Below are positions 51,811 through 60,679 of a DNA stretch of 64,000 bases, in pieces. Under the pieces are notes generated by a model. The model worked only from the letters and a program-made list of their open reading frames with translations, had not been told where the DNA came from and searched no databases. The stretch comes from Candidatus Falkowbacteria bacterium GW2011_GWF2_43_32 (lineage in GTDB: Bacteria > Patescibacteriota > Patescibacteriia > Patescibacteriales > UBA12465), in NCBI GenBank assembly GCA_000999715.1, contig LCGL01000003.1, forward strand, positions 26,942-90,941. Direction: 5' to 3'. Positions within the stretch are counted from its first letter, which is position 1, and each line of letters opens with the position of its first letter. The translations under genes were made by a program, and so were the position numbers.

Positions 51811-52821
51811 TTAAATAAACTTCTTCAAATAATCGGCCAATTCCACAAAACGATGAGAGTATCCCCATTCGTTATCATACCAAGAAATCACTTTCAATAA
51901 GTCGCCGCCGACGACGCGCGTATTTTTCAAATCAATAATGGCACTATGGGAATTGCCGATAATGTCGGTGGACACCAACTCCTCGTTGGACGCTTCAATA
52001 ATCCCCTTCATTTTGCCGCGCGCCGCCTTGATAAAAGCGCGGTTGACCGCTTCCGGCGTAGTTTTCTTGTTCAAGACATAAACCGTGTCGCACAAAGAAC
52101 CGACCGGCGTCGGCACGCGTACCGCCAAGCCGTCAAACTTTCCTCTTAACGACGGGATTGTTTCCGCCGTGGCCAAAGCCGCGCCGGTAGTGGTAGGAAT
52201 GATATTCACCGCGGCCGCTCGCGCTCGTCGCAAATCCTTATGCGGACCGTCCACGAGATTCTGATCGGCCGTATAAGAGTGAATCGTGGTCATCAGCGCT
52301 TTTTTGACGCCAAAGTTATCCTTGATAATTTTTGTGGCCGGAGACAAGCAATTGGTCGTGCAAGAGGCGCACGACAAGATATTATCGCTCTTTTTGACTT
52401 TATCCATATTCACTCCCGGCACGATGATCTTCACCCCGCCGTTTTTAACCGGTGCGGACAAGACAACTTTCTTGGCCCCGGCTTGAAGATGCAATTTTAA
52501 ATCTTCTTTTTTCGTGAAGCGCCCGGTACATTCCAAAACAATGTCGACTTTAAGTTTTTTCCAGGGAAGTTCGGCCGGATTTTTAATCGCCAAAACCGGA
52601 ATTTTACTGCCATTAACGGTTAAGGCATCTTTAGAGCCGACGATTTTCTGCTCGGTCTGTCCGTAACAAGAATCATACTGCAAAAGATGAGCCAAAGTGG
52701 TCGCCTCCGTTAAATCGTTAATGGCCACTATATGCAAATGCGGAAAGCGCATCCAAATGACTTTGAAAGCGGCCCGACCGATGCGGCCGAAACCGTTAAT
52801 CGCGACATTGATTTTTTTCAT
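51811..52821 (-). CDS. gap: Glyceraldehyde-3-phosphate dehydrogenase
   Basis: 336 aa; INGFGRIGR, active site SCTTNCLSP. Confidence 0.95.
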   Translation of the reverse strand: MKKINVAINGFGRIGRAAFKVIWMRFPHLHIVAINDLTEATTLAHLLQYDSCYGQTEQKIVGSKDALTVNGSKIPVLAIKNPAELPWKKLKVDIVLECTGRFTKKEDLKLHLQAGAKKVVLSAPVKNGGVKIIVPGVNMDKVKKSDNILSCASCTTNCLSPATKIIKDNFGVKKALMTTIHSYTADQNLVDGPHKDLRRARAAAVNIIPTTTGAALATAETIPSLRGKFDGLAVRVPTPVGSLCDTVYVLNKKTTPEAVNRAFIKAARGKMKGIIEASNEELVSTDIIGNSHSAIIDLKNTRVVGGDLLKVISWYDNEWGYSHRFVELADYLKKFI

Positions 52822-52885
52822 ACAAAATAAAGAATTAATAAGTTATTCTTAAAAGATTATAGCATATTTCATAAAATAGATAAAA

Positions 52886-52910
52886 TAAAAACCCGGCGTA
52901 AACCGGGCTT
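52886..52910 (-). terminator. Rho-independent terminator for the PSP1 gene
   Basis: Minus strand GCCCGG TTTACG CCGGGTTTTTATTTT. Confidence 0.7.
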
Positions 52911-52925
52911 TAAAAAGTCCATTTT

Positions 52926-53759
52926 CTATTTTTTACCGTCGCCGTTTTTCTTCTTGCGATTAATATCCACCTGAATCACGACATCGCGCTCATCCGGCTT
53001 TTCGGCCGAAATTTTGACATCCACGGTCTGCTTTAAAATATGATGACCGACAATCAGGCCGCGCCGACCGTCCACATTCACTTTCGTGCCGAGCGGGGGC
53101 AATTGTCCGGCCATTTCTTTATAACCTTCATATTCGTAAGACAAGCAACACATCAAACGCCCGCACATGCCGGAAATCCTTTCCGAACCGCGATGAACGA
53201 CCTGTTGCGCCTCGGCCATTTCCGAAGTGATGGAAGAAAATTCTTCCTTAAATCCGCGGCAACACAAACCCCGTCCGCAAGAACCGCAATCGCCGGTAAC
53301 TTTCGCCTCGTCGCGCGTGCCGATTTGCGTCAAACGAATGTTGGCGTTAAAATGCGCCGACAAATCTTTAACCAATTCGCGAAAATCAACGCGACCATCG
53401 GCAATAAAAGAAAAATTCATGCGACCGCCCTCAAAAGAAAAATGAACGTCAACCAATTTCATCGGTAAATTATGTCGGTTGATCATTTCCCGGCAAAACG
53501 ACAAGGCCTCTTCCTTTCTTTCAAGACCCGGCAAACCGGCGATATCGTCATACTCCGCTTTTCTGACAATCGGCTTTATTTCGCGATTGCCGGCAACAGC
53601 CGGTTTTTCTTCCGAAAGAGAAACGATTTTTCCCAATTCTCTGCCCAACTCGGTGTCCACAATCACGCAATCTCCGGCCGACAAATTTAATTGTCCGACC
53701 GAAAAATTATAAACCTTATCCCAAGGAGTAAATTGTACCCGAGCAATCATCATAAACAT
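52926..53759 (-). CDS. PSP1 domain protein (YaaT/RicT-like)
   Basis: 277 aa; PSP1 C-terminal region with cysteine cluster CGSCGRGLCC..CGRLMCCLSYE. Confidence 0.85.
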   Translation of the reverse strand: MFMMIARVQFTPWDKVYNFSVGQLNLSAGDCVIVDTELGRELGKIVSLSEEKPAVAGNREIKPIVRKAEYDDIAGLPGLERKEEALSFCREMINRHNLPMKLVDVHFSFEGGRMNFSFIADGRVDFRELVKDLSAHFNANIRLTQIGTRDEAKVTGDCGSCGRGLCCRGFKEEFSSITSEMAEAQQVVHRGSERISGMCGRLMCCLSYEYEGYKEMAGQLPPLGTKVNVDGRRGLIVGHHILKQTVDVKISAEKPDERDVVIQVDINRKKKNGDGKK

Positions 53760-53767
53760 TTCCCGAT

Positions 53768-53795
53768 AAAAATGCCGCCTTTCGGCGGCATTTTT
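53768..53795. terminator. Bidirectional Rho-independent terminator after tsf
   Basis: AAAAATGCCGCC TTTC GGCGGCATTTTT. Confidence 0.85.
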
Positions 53796-53796
53796 A

Positions 53797-54591
53797 TTAT
53801 AAAGAGTAGCGCGCGAATTTTAAGACCTTCGCTCCGCCTAAAATATCTTTGACTTTCTTTTTATCATCCTTGATATATTCCTGTTCCGTCAAACAAACTT
53901 CGGAATAATACTTGCCCATTTTACCTTCCACAATCTTATCGACCATTTCCGCCGGCTTGCCTTCCTTAATCAACTGTTCTTTATAAATTTCTTTTTCTTT
54001 TTCCAATTCTTCGGCGTTTACTTCCGACGGTAAAATATATTTCGGATTGGCCGCGGCAATCTGCATAGCCACATCTCCGGCCACGGCCTCCTGACCGGCT
54101 TGATCCAAGGCGACCAAAACGCCGATCTTGCCGCCCAAATGCGAATAAGCCGCAACCGTCGCGCCGCTGACAATTTCCAAACGTTTAATCGCCAATTTTT
54201 CTCCGATTGTGCCGCTCAGATTATCCAAGTTTTCTTGAACGGTGCCCTCGGCCATAGGCAAAGAAGACAGCTCTTCCACGGTAGCCGGCTTTTTTGTCTT
54301 AATTAATTCTAAAATCTGATCGGCTAAAGTTTGAAATTTTTCGTTACGAGCGACAAAATCGGTTTCGGAGTTTACTTCCACGATATAAGCTTCATTTTTC
54401 GCTTCGTTAACGGCCACTTTGACCACGCCCTCGTTGGTATCGCGATCCAAGCGCTTGGCCGCTTTGGAAATACCTTTTTTACGTAAAATTTCCACCGCCT
54501 TATTGATGTCGTTACCCGCTTCTACCAACGCTTTCTGACAATCGGTCATGCCGGCGCCGGTCATCTCGCGTAATTGTTTGATTAATTCCAT
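53797..54591 (-). CDS. tsf: Elongation factor Ts
   Basis: Start moved to MELIKQLREMTGAGMTDCQKAL (54591); track ORF N-terminus overlaps rpsB and is rejected. Confidence 0.92.
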   Translation of the reverse strand: MELIKQLREMTGAGMTDCQKALVEAGNDINKAVEILRKKGISKAAKRLDRDTNEGVVKVAVNEAKNEAYIVEVNSETDFVARNEKFQTLADQILELIKTKKPATVEELSSLPMAEGTVQENLDNLSGTIGEKLAIKRLEIVSGATVAAYSHLGGKIGVLVALDQAGQEAVAGDVAMQIAAANPKYILPSEVNAEELEKEKEIYKEQLIKEGKPAEMVDKIVEGKMGKYYSEVCLTEQEYIKDDKKKVKDILGGAKVLKFARYSL

Positions 54592-54598
54592 AAAGTTA

Positions 54599-55294
54599 TT
54601 ATTTAAGATTTTTTTTTCCTTCCAATAGAGCTTCTTTGATTGCCGCCACCAACAAAGCGATCGTTTTGGTAGAATCGTCGTTGGCCGGAATCGGATAATT
54701 GACTTCTTCCGGATTAACATTGGTGTCACAGATGGCCACAATCGGGATATTTTTTTGTTGCGCCTCTTTAACGGCCGTTTCTTCTTCTTTGATATCCCAA
54801 ATAAATAAGGCGTCCGGCATTTTATTCAAATTAGTCAAACCGCCGACGCGCATTTCCAGTTTTTTAATTTCACGATCAAAATTCAACCGTTCTTTTTTGG
54901 TATATTTTTCCAATTTGCCGCTTTCTCGTTTTTCGATCAAATCCAGATATTTTTTAACCGATTTTTTGACGATGGCAAAATTCGTCAAATATCCGCCCAA
55001 CCAATTGCCGACAATATACGGTTGACCGGCTTCTTCCGCCATCTTTTTCAAGGGCGCGGACACTTGGCTTTTGGTGCCGACAAATAAAATACTTTTGCCT
55101 TCCGACACCAACTTGGCCATAAAGCTCAAAGCTTCTTGCAATTTTTCTTGAGTCTTTCTCAAATCGATGATATACAAACCGTTTTTGGAAGTAAAAATGA
55201 ATTGTTTCATTTTCGGATGCCAACGGTTGGTCCGATGGCCGAAGTGCGCACCGGCTTTCAACAAATCTTCGATTTGCGGGACAACGATGTTCAT
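54599..55294 (-). CDS. rpsB: 30S ribosomal protein S2
   Basis: 231 aa; LLKAGAHFGHRTNRWHPKM, conserved rpsB-tsf order. Confidence 0.95.
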   Translation of the reverse strand: MNIVVPQIEDLLKAGAHFGHRTNRWHPKMKQFIFTSKNGLYIIDLRKTQEKLQEALSFMAKLVSEGKSILFVGTKSQVSAPLKKMAEEAGQPYIVGNWLGGYLTNFAIVKKSVKKYLDLIEKRESGKLEKYTKKERLNFDREIKKLEMRVGGLTNLNKMPDALFIWDIKEEETAVKEAQQKNIPIVAICDTNVNPEEVNYPIPANDDSTKTIALLVAAIKEALLEGKKNLK

Positions 55295-55448
55295 ATTTTT
55301 CTTTTTAGCCGATAACCGACGTTAAAAACGAGATTCTCGGCTTATAACTTCTGCTTCCTTTTACCTCGGCCTGAACCAAGGAAGAAAATAGCTGCAGCAA
55401 TCATAAAATTGCCGACCGCGGAAGCATGATATTTATTAAACTTTTATT

Positions 55449-55480
55449 AAAAAAGAGGCCGTTTGAGAGGACGAACCTCT
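55449..55480 (-). terminator. Terminator-like hairpin + T-run downstream of 55526-57010
   Basis: Minus strand AGAGG TTCGT CCTCT CAAACGGCCTC TTTTTT. Confidence 0.55.
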
Positions 55481-55525
55481 AGATTAAATATACGGGAAAA
55501 TCGGAAAGATGTCAAGAATTATCCC

Positions 55526-57010
55526 CTATTTTTGATAAAATTCCCGGGAAGCGGCATTAAACTCGGCCACCAGAATATTATAAGCGTCAACTTGAGCGCG
55601 ATAAGTGTTTAAAACAACATTATACTCGCTCACCAAAACATTGTATTCCGACACCAAACTATTATATTGGGAAATTTGTCCGCTGTTATAATAGTCGTCC
55701 ATCTGAATTTTTAAAACATTTAACCGGTCTTCTCGCTCTTGCAAATCCGTTTTCAAAGCCTCTATTTCGCCTTGTCGGACGACCAACGCGTCGCTATCCG
55801 CGGCCAAGGCGGCGACTTTGGCTCGCAAAGCCGGCAAACCGCCATAAAGCCGTCCGGTGCTTTTTTGATATATTTCCAAACTGCCCAAGCTGGCAATATT
55901 GAACAAATCGGTAAAACTGTTCTCCGCGCTTTGCGCCTGCCCGGCGGCAATATTGCGCGGCACGACGCCCAAAGGAAAGAAATTAGTCGTTTCGCCGTAA
56001 CAATAGCCGGAATTATTTAAGGAATCGGCCACCGGACAAGCGATGCCGACCGCGGAATGATTGCTGTCCGGAAAATCCAAAATAGCGGCGCCATACCCCA
56101 ATTTTCGTAACAGCGCTACCGCCAAAAAAGTTTTATCGGAACAAACGCCGCGATTTAAATATAAAGTTTCGTAAGGATAGTAAGGATTGGTATTGCGATT
56201 ATCGCTCTCGGCTAATTTGGCCTGGTCGTAAGGGATGTATTGAATGAAGGCCAAAGCGAATTCCGCGATTTGATCATTTGTCCAAGAATTGAGCGCCGCA
56301 ATCGCTTTGATTTTTGTCGTTAACTCGTCCAAAGAAGTGTCGCCGCTCTTAACCGTCAAAAATAAACCGTAAAAAGCTTCCCGGATATTGGCCGGCGGCG
56401 AAGCGCTATTGTACGAATAAATCTTGGTTGAATTTCGATAAGCGTCATACCAAGCGAAAGACAAATTTTGAATCAGCTCATAAGAATTATTTTGATATTT
56501 AAAAACAAATTTGGCCGAAATATCACCCGTCGGGACTTCTTGATAAATTGCTATCTTGGCCAAATCGACATTCGTGATTCCCAGTCCTTTGGAGCGCATC
56601 AAATTAAAAGCATCCGTCGGACGACCCAAATAATATAACCGCAAATCCAGCGGGTCAACATAATAAGCCTGTCCTTTATCCTGAACTTGCAATAAAATCC
56701 GACCGGCCAAACGCGAGGGCGCGCCCGCGGCCAGAAAATTATTTGTGTCGTTATTGGACACTCCCAACCCCAGCGACCGCATGATGGCAAAAGCGTCATC
56801 CGGACGACCTAAGTAATAGCGCAAGCCGTTTAAAGGATTAACATACCAGGCTTGACCCAAATCCTGTACTTGCAGCAAAATCCGACCGTTTAAATTCGCG
56901 GCCGCCTGTGCGCGCGGCGCTCCCGCGAAACCGACGTCGAACAAAAAGACGCCCGCTAAAAGGATACCGAATAAAAAAGAAAAAAATAATTTTATTTTCG
57001 GACAACGCAT
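55526..57010 (-). CDS. Secreted transglutaminase-like protein with two N-terminal 61-aa repeats and C-terminal coiled coil
   Basis: 494 aa; signal peptide; GRILLQVQD.GQA.YV.PL..R.YYLGRP.DAF..MRS.GLG x2; RGVCSDKTFLAVALLRKLGY resembles the transglutaminase-core Cys region. Confidence 0.65.
   Translation of the reverse strand: MRCPKIKLFFSFLFGILLAGVFLFDVGFAGAPRAQAAANLNGRILLQVQDLGQAWYVNPLNGLRYYLGRPDDAFAIMRSLGLGVSNNDTNNFLAAGAPSRLAGRILLQVQDKGQAYYVDPLDLRLYYLGRPTDAFNLMRSKGLGITNVDLAKIAIYQEVPTGDISAKFVFKYQNNSYELIQNLSFAWYDAYRNSTKIYSYNSASPPANIREAFYGLFLTVKSGDTSLDELTTKIKAIAALNSWTNDQIAEFALAFIQYIPYDQAKLAESDNRNTNPYYPYETLYLNRGVCSDKTFLAVALLRKLGYGAAILDFPDSNHSAVGIACPVADSLNNSGYCYGETTNFFPLGVVPRNIAAGQAQSAENSFTDLFNIASLGSLEIYQKSTGRLYGGLPALRAKVAALAADSDALVVRQGEIEALKTDLQEREDRLNVLKIQMDDYYNSGQISQYNSLVSEYNVLVSEYNVVLNTYRAQVDAYNILVAEFNAASREFYQK
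56560..56925 (-). repeat. Tandem 183-bp (61-aa) coding repeat, 2 copies
   Basis: GGACGACC anchor at 56619 and 56802 gives a 183-bp period; protein copies clearly homologous. Confidence 0.8.
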
Positions 57011-57019
57011 AAAATAAAG

Positions 57020-57730
57020 CTAATCGAGCAAGGTAATAAAAGCGTCTTCGGACGGCGCCAACGGCAAATGACCGACATCGTTGATATAACTTATTTTGAT
57101 ATAACCGTTGCGGTCAATGATAAATTTGCTGATTGACGACTGAAAAATCTCCAAAGACAGAAAACCGATGATATCGGCATTCAAAATGCCGGTGATAAGT
57201 GCTTTGATAAAATTTCCGTGCGAAAAAATCATGATTCTTTTTCCGCGATTGTCGCGAAACAAATCGGCCAACGCCCGCCGGGCGACAACCTGCATCTTAT
57301 CCAATTCCCTATCCAAGAGACGATGATTTTTCAATTTATTTTTTCGAGTCTTCTCCGACATGTTAAAATATTTTATCTTATGCCAATGCGTCCAATCAAT
57401 TTCATCCAAGCGCTGATCGATCAACAACTTCTTGCCCGACCGACGAACATACTCCGCCGCGGTTTCTTGCGCTCGCCGCAAACCGCTGGCATAAATGCTG
57501 TCCAGTTTCATGGTCAATAACCTTTTGGTCAAGTGCTTCCGCTGTTCCCGCCCGAAACGGGAAAGCGGCATATTATATTCTCCCACTTTTTTTTCCACCG
57601 TATAGTCGGGGTGGCAGTGCCGCACCAGGAAAACTTCCGTATAAGGTTTCTTGATCGGCGGCTTGATTTTGACGTAAGGATTTTTATACATAAACCGATG
57701 ATTTAAAGAATAAACCGCTGGCGTCGACAA
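57020..57730 (-). CDS. Histidine phosphatase (phosphoglycerate mutase-like) family protein
   Basis: 236 aa; FLVRHCHP (RHG-type motif) and SHGNFIKAL; start may be an internal Met. Confidence 0.75.
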   Translation of the reverse strand: MSTPAVYSLNHRFMYKNPYVKIKPPIKKPYTEVFLVRHCHPDYTVEKKVGEYNMPLSRFGREQRKHLTKRLLTMKLDSIYASGLRRAQETAAEYVRRSGKKLLIDQRLDEIDWTHWHKIKYFNMSEKTRKNKLKNHRLLDRELDKMQVVARRALADLFRDNRGKRIMIFSHGNFIKALITGILNADIIGFLSLEIFQSSISKFIIDRNGYIKISYINDVGHLPLAPSEDAFITLLD

Positions 57731-57731
57731 C

Positions 57732-58343
57732 TTATAAATTCTTCTCGATAAAATTCCAATTTACCAAATTTCGCAAGATCGCGTCCGCAAAATCCGCCCG
57801 ACGATTTTGATAATCAAGATAATAAGAGTGCTCCCAAATATCCAAAGCCCATAAGGGTCGGAGGCCATGCGCCGCCGGCGTATCGGCATTAACGGTGGTT
57901 ATAATCTTGAGCGACGCTCCGGCGCCGGCCTCGCTTACGCCGTCTTGCACCAACCAGGCCCAGCCACTGCCAAAATGTCCGGCCACGGCAGTTTTAAAAG
58001 CGTCAATGAAATTATCCCGAGAACCGAAGGAAGCGTTAAGTGCCGCCGACAATTTTGACGTCGGTTCCGCCACGACATCCGCCGGGCGCAAACTCTGCCA
58101 AAAAAAATCATGATTATAAACCTGAGCGGCATTATTGAAAATTCCGCTCTGGGCGGGATTGCCAACGGTCTTTAAAATAATATCCGTCAAGGAAAGCGCC
58201 GCCAATTCGGTCCCGGCCACCAATTTATTCAAATTATCGACATAGGTTTGATGATGCTTGCCGTAATGAAAATCTAAAGTTTTGGCGGACATGTGCGGCT
58301 CCAGAGCTTCTCTGGCAAAAGGTAAAGGAGATAAAGTAAACAT
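57732..58343 (-). CDS. Fe/Mn superoxide dismutase
   Basis: 203 aa; LDFHYGKHHQTYV and DIWEHSYYLDYQNRR. Confidence 0.95.
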   Translation of the reverse strand: MFTLSPLPFAREALEPHMSAKTLDFHYGKHHQTYVDNLNKLVAGTELAALSLTDIILKTVGNPAQSGIFNNAAQVYNHDFFWQSLRPADVVAEPTSKLSAALNASFGSRDNFIDAFKTAVAGHFGSGWAWLVQDGVSEAGAGASLKIITTVNADTPAAHGLRPLWALDIWEHSYYLDYQNRRADFADAILRNLVNWNFIEKNL

Positions 58344-58458
58344 ATTATTAAAAATTAATGAATAATTGATATTATAACAAAAAAACCAAATTATTCCTAA
58401 CGAATACCGCCTCCGCCAACCGACGACCGAACGATTGAATTATGTCCGGTTATCGACA

Positions 58459-58487
58459 TTGACAATTTATTTGGAAAGTTATAAATT
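58459..58487 (+). promoter_or_regulatory. Sigma70-type promoter for 58530-59600
   Basis: TTGACA (58459-58464) - 17 nt - TAAATT (58482-58487). Confidence 0.55.
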
Positions 58488-58529
58488 AATTGAATATCTA
58501 ACCGTTCATTAACAAGAAAGGAGCTTATT

Positions 58530-59600
58530 ATGAAGATACTGCTTTATTGCCCGGAAGAGTTTGAATTACTTTTCCCTATCGCCGTCATCTCTAAAAAATT
58601 CATTAATCAGTCATTATTTGTCATCACGATTACGCCGACAGGATTGAGTCATCCGGATTTTTGGTCAAAGGTTTCGCATCGGATAATAACGGCCGTTCAG
58701 CAAGCCGCTTACAGAGACAAGTCCGACAAGAATTCGCTGAACGATCGCGCCATTAAGCAAAGAATAAACGATGCCGATCTTTATCTGCTGGGCATCGATC
58801 CCGAGAATGATCAAGAAGCCGTCGATTTGCTTGATTTTTTCGATCAAAACGAAAATCGCATCAAGCTCTGGATAGACAATCATGATTGGTGGGCCAATGA
58901 ACTGCACTACGTTCATCATAAAATTACCAAGCTGAACAAACGACAAAGCTACTTGGACATATTGAAACGGCGCGGATATCCGGTGCCGAACTCTTGGCTG
59001 GAATTGAACGCCTTAATGACCTCGCCGCACAGGTTAGTTCAGACTAAATCCGATATGAATTTTCTGAAAATTATTCGCCTGCAGAGAGCTTTCAGGGTCA
59101 GCTTGATAATCAGTCGAAATTTAGAAAACAATTATTTCAATCCGATATTTTTGCAGGCGGTGGAAGAATTGATTCACGGTCAGCCTAAGTCAGAAATTGA
59201 CACGCTTTACAATTTGTGCGCCAAAATGCAAAAAATAACCGAGGAAGCCAAAAAGAAATTTACTTGGCGACCGGTACATTTTCCCCTTGCCCTTAAAAAC
59301 GGCATTAAAATCGCTTGTTGCGATTTGGGAAGCACGGAAGACTATTTTGATGCCCCAACCTTGATCGAGTATGCCAACAAACTCTCTCCCAATTGCGTGA
59401 TTTATTTTACGATTCAAGGCAATCCCCATCTGTTCTTAAAAACGGAACATGACGATATTACGGTCCAAGAAATTGCCGAGTTTTATCCGGAATTCCAAAT
59501 CAAAGCGAATAAAATTCAAATCTTGCGTATAATAGACGGAGAATTGATTTTTCATAAAAAGCGCCGCGATCGGGAAAAAAATGAAAACAAAAACAATTAG
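58530..59600 (+). CDS. Hypothetical cytoplasmic protein (orphan, own promoter and terminator)
   Basis: 356 aa; strong SD AAAGGAG; no signal peptide, no motif recognised. Confidence 0.6.
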   Translation: MKILLYCPEEFELLFPIAVISKKFINQSLFVITITPTGLSHPDFWSKVSHRIITAVQQAAYRDKSDKNSLNDRAIKQRINDADLYLLGIDPENDQEAVDLLDFFDQNENRIKLWIDNHDWWANELHYVHHKITKLNKRQSYLDILKRRGYPVPNSWLELNALMTSPHRLVQTKSDMNFLKIIRLQRAFRVSLIISRNLENNYFNPIFLQAVEELIHGQPKSEIDTLYNLCAKMQKITEEAKKKFTWRPVHFPLALKNGIKIACCDLGSTEDYFDAPTLIEYANKLSPNCVIYFTIQGNPHLFLKTEHDDITVQEIAEFYPEFQIKANKIQILRIIDGELIFHKKRRDREKNENKNN

Positions 59601-59621
59601 AAGGACGGAAATGTCTTTCTC

Positions 59622-59653
59622 AAAAAGCTTAACCGCTTGGGTTAAGCTTTTTT
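59622..59653 (+). terminator. Rho-independent terminator for 58530-59600, overlapping the 3' end of convergent rlmN
   Basis: AAGCTTAACC GCTTG GGTTAAGCTT + T-run 59648-59653. Confidence 0.75.
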
Positions 59654-60663
59654 AATTTTCCCCGCAATTGCCCGCAGGCCGCACCGATAGCCGCGCCGAA
59701 ACTGAGACGCACGGTCGCCGGCACTCCTTGCTTGTCCAAAATTTTCTTAAAAGCGTCAATCCTGGCGCGATCAGAAGGGCGAAACTTGCCGGTCGCGTTA
59801 TAAGGAATCAAATTAACCAAATACAAAGGCTTCTTCATTAATTCCGCAAGTTCCTCGGCTTCCTGGTCGCGATCGTTCACGCCTTTAATCATCAAATATT
59901 CAAACATTACCCGACGTCCGGTTTTTCGAATATAATCGTCCACCGCTCGGAAGATTTCCCGCAAGGGATATTTTTGCGCCACCGGAATCAAATCGCGGCG
60001 CAGAGCGTCATTGGGAGCATGCAAGGATATCGCCAAATTCATTTGAATTTTTTCGCCGCTCAAGCGCTTGATGCCCTCGGTCAAGCCGACGGTAGAAACC
60101 GACAAACGACGCGCACCGATGTTCAAAGTTTCCGGATTGTTCAAAAACTTCACCGCTTTGATAAATTCGGCATAATTCAGAAAGGGCTCGCCCATGCCCA
60201 TGATTAAAAATCGCGCCCAAAAAATCACCTGTTCCACAATTTCTTCGGCCGTCAAATTACGCCGAAAACCGGCGGCGCCGGTGGCGCAAAAAGCGCAACC
60301 GAGCGGACAACCGACCTGGGAAGAAACACAGACCGTATTGCGCCCCGAAACATCCGGACTCGCTTTGCTTTGAGAACCGTGCTGACGAATCAAAACCGTT
60401 TCAATCGCCTCGCCGTCGGCTAAAGTAATCAAAGCTTTAATACTGCGCGAGTCGCCGGCAGTTTTAAAAACTTGCGCCTCAATTTCCAAAGGACAAGCGG
60501 CCGTCAATTTATCGCGTAAATTTTTGGGTAAATTGGAAGCCTCGTCCCAAGCGGAAATGTAATCTTGAAATAAAGCTTTATTGATCTGGGCATAACGAAA
60601 TTTCGGCTCCGCGGCCAAAACGCTTGATAATTCGGCAAGGTTCATATTATTGAAATTAAGCAA
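59629..60663 (-). CDS. rlmN: 23S rRNA/tRNA (adenine-C2)-methyltransferase RlmN (radical SAM)
   Basis: 344 aa; GCPLGCAFCATG radical-SAM cluster, MGMGEP, AACGQL. Confidence 0.9.
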   Translation of the reverse strand: MLNFNNMNLAELSSVLAAEPKFRYAQINKALFQDYISAWDEASNLPKNLRDKLTAACPLEIEAQVFKTAGDSRSIKALITLADGEAIETVLIRQHGSQSKASPDVSGRNTVCVSSQVGCPLGCAFCATGAAGFRRNLTAEEIVEQVIFWARFLIMGMGEPFLNYAEFIKAVKFLNNPETLNIGARRLSVSTVGLTEGIKRLSGEKIQMNLAISLHAPNDALRRDLIPVAQKYPLREIFRAVDDYIRKTGRRVMFEYLMIKGVNDRDQEAEELAELMKKPLYLVNLIPYNATGKFRPSDRARIDAFKKILDKQGVPATVRLSFGAAIGAACGQLRGKLKKLNPSG

Positions 60664-60679
60664 ACTGTTTATTTATAAA

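Noticed and set aside
55449-55480. GGTTCGTCC-containing hairpin upstream of rpsB, considered as a tRNA T-arm or tRNA fragment.
   Set aside because: The loop is only 5 nt, and no acceptor, D or anticodon arms can be drawn around it. A terminator or leader hairpin is the simpler reading. No tRNA, rRNA, tmRNA or RNase P-like sequence was recognised anywhere in the window.
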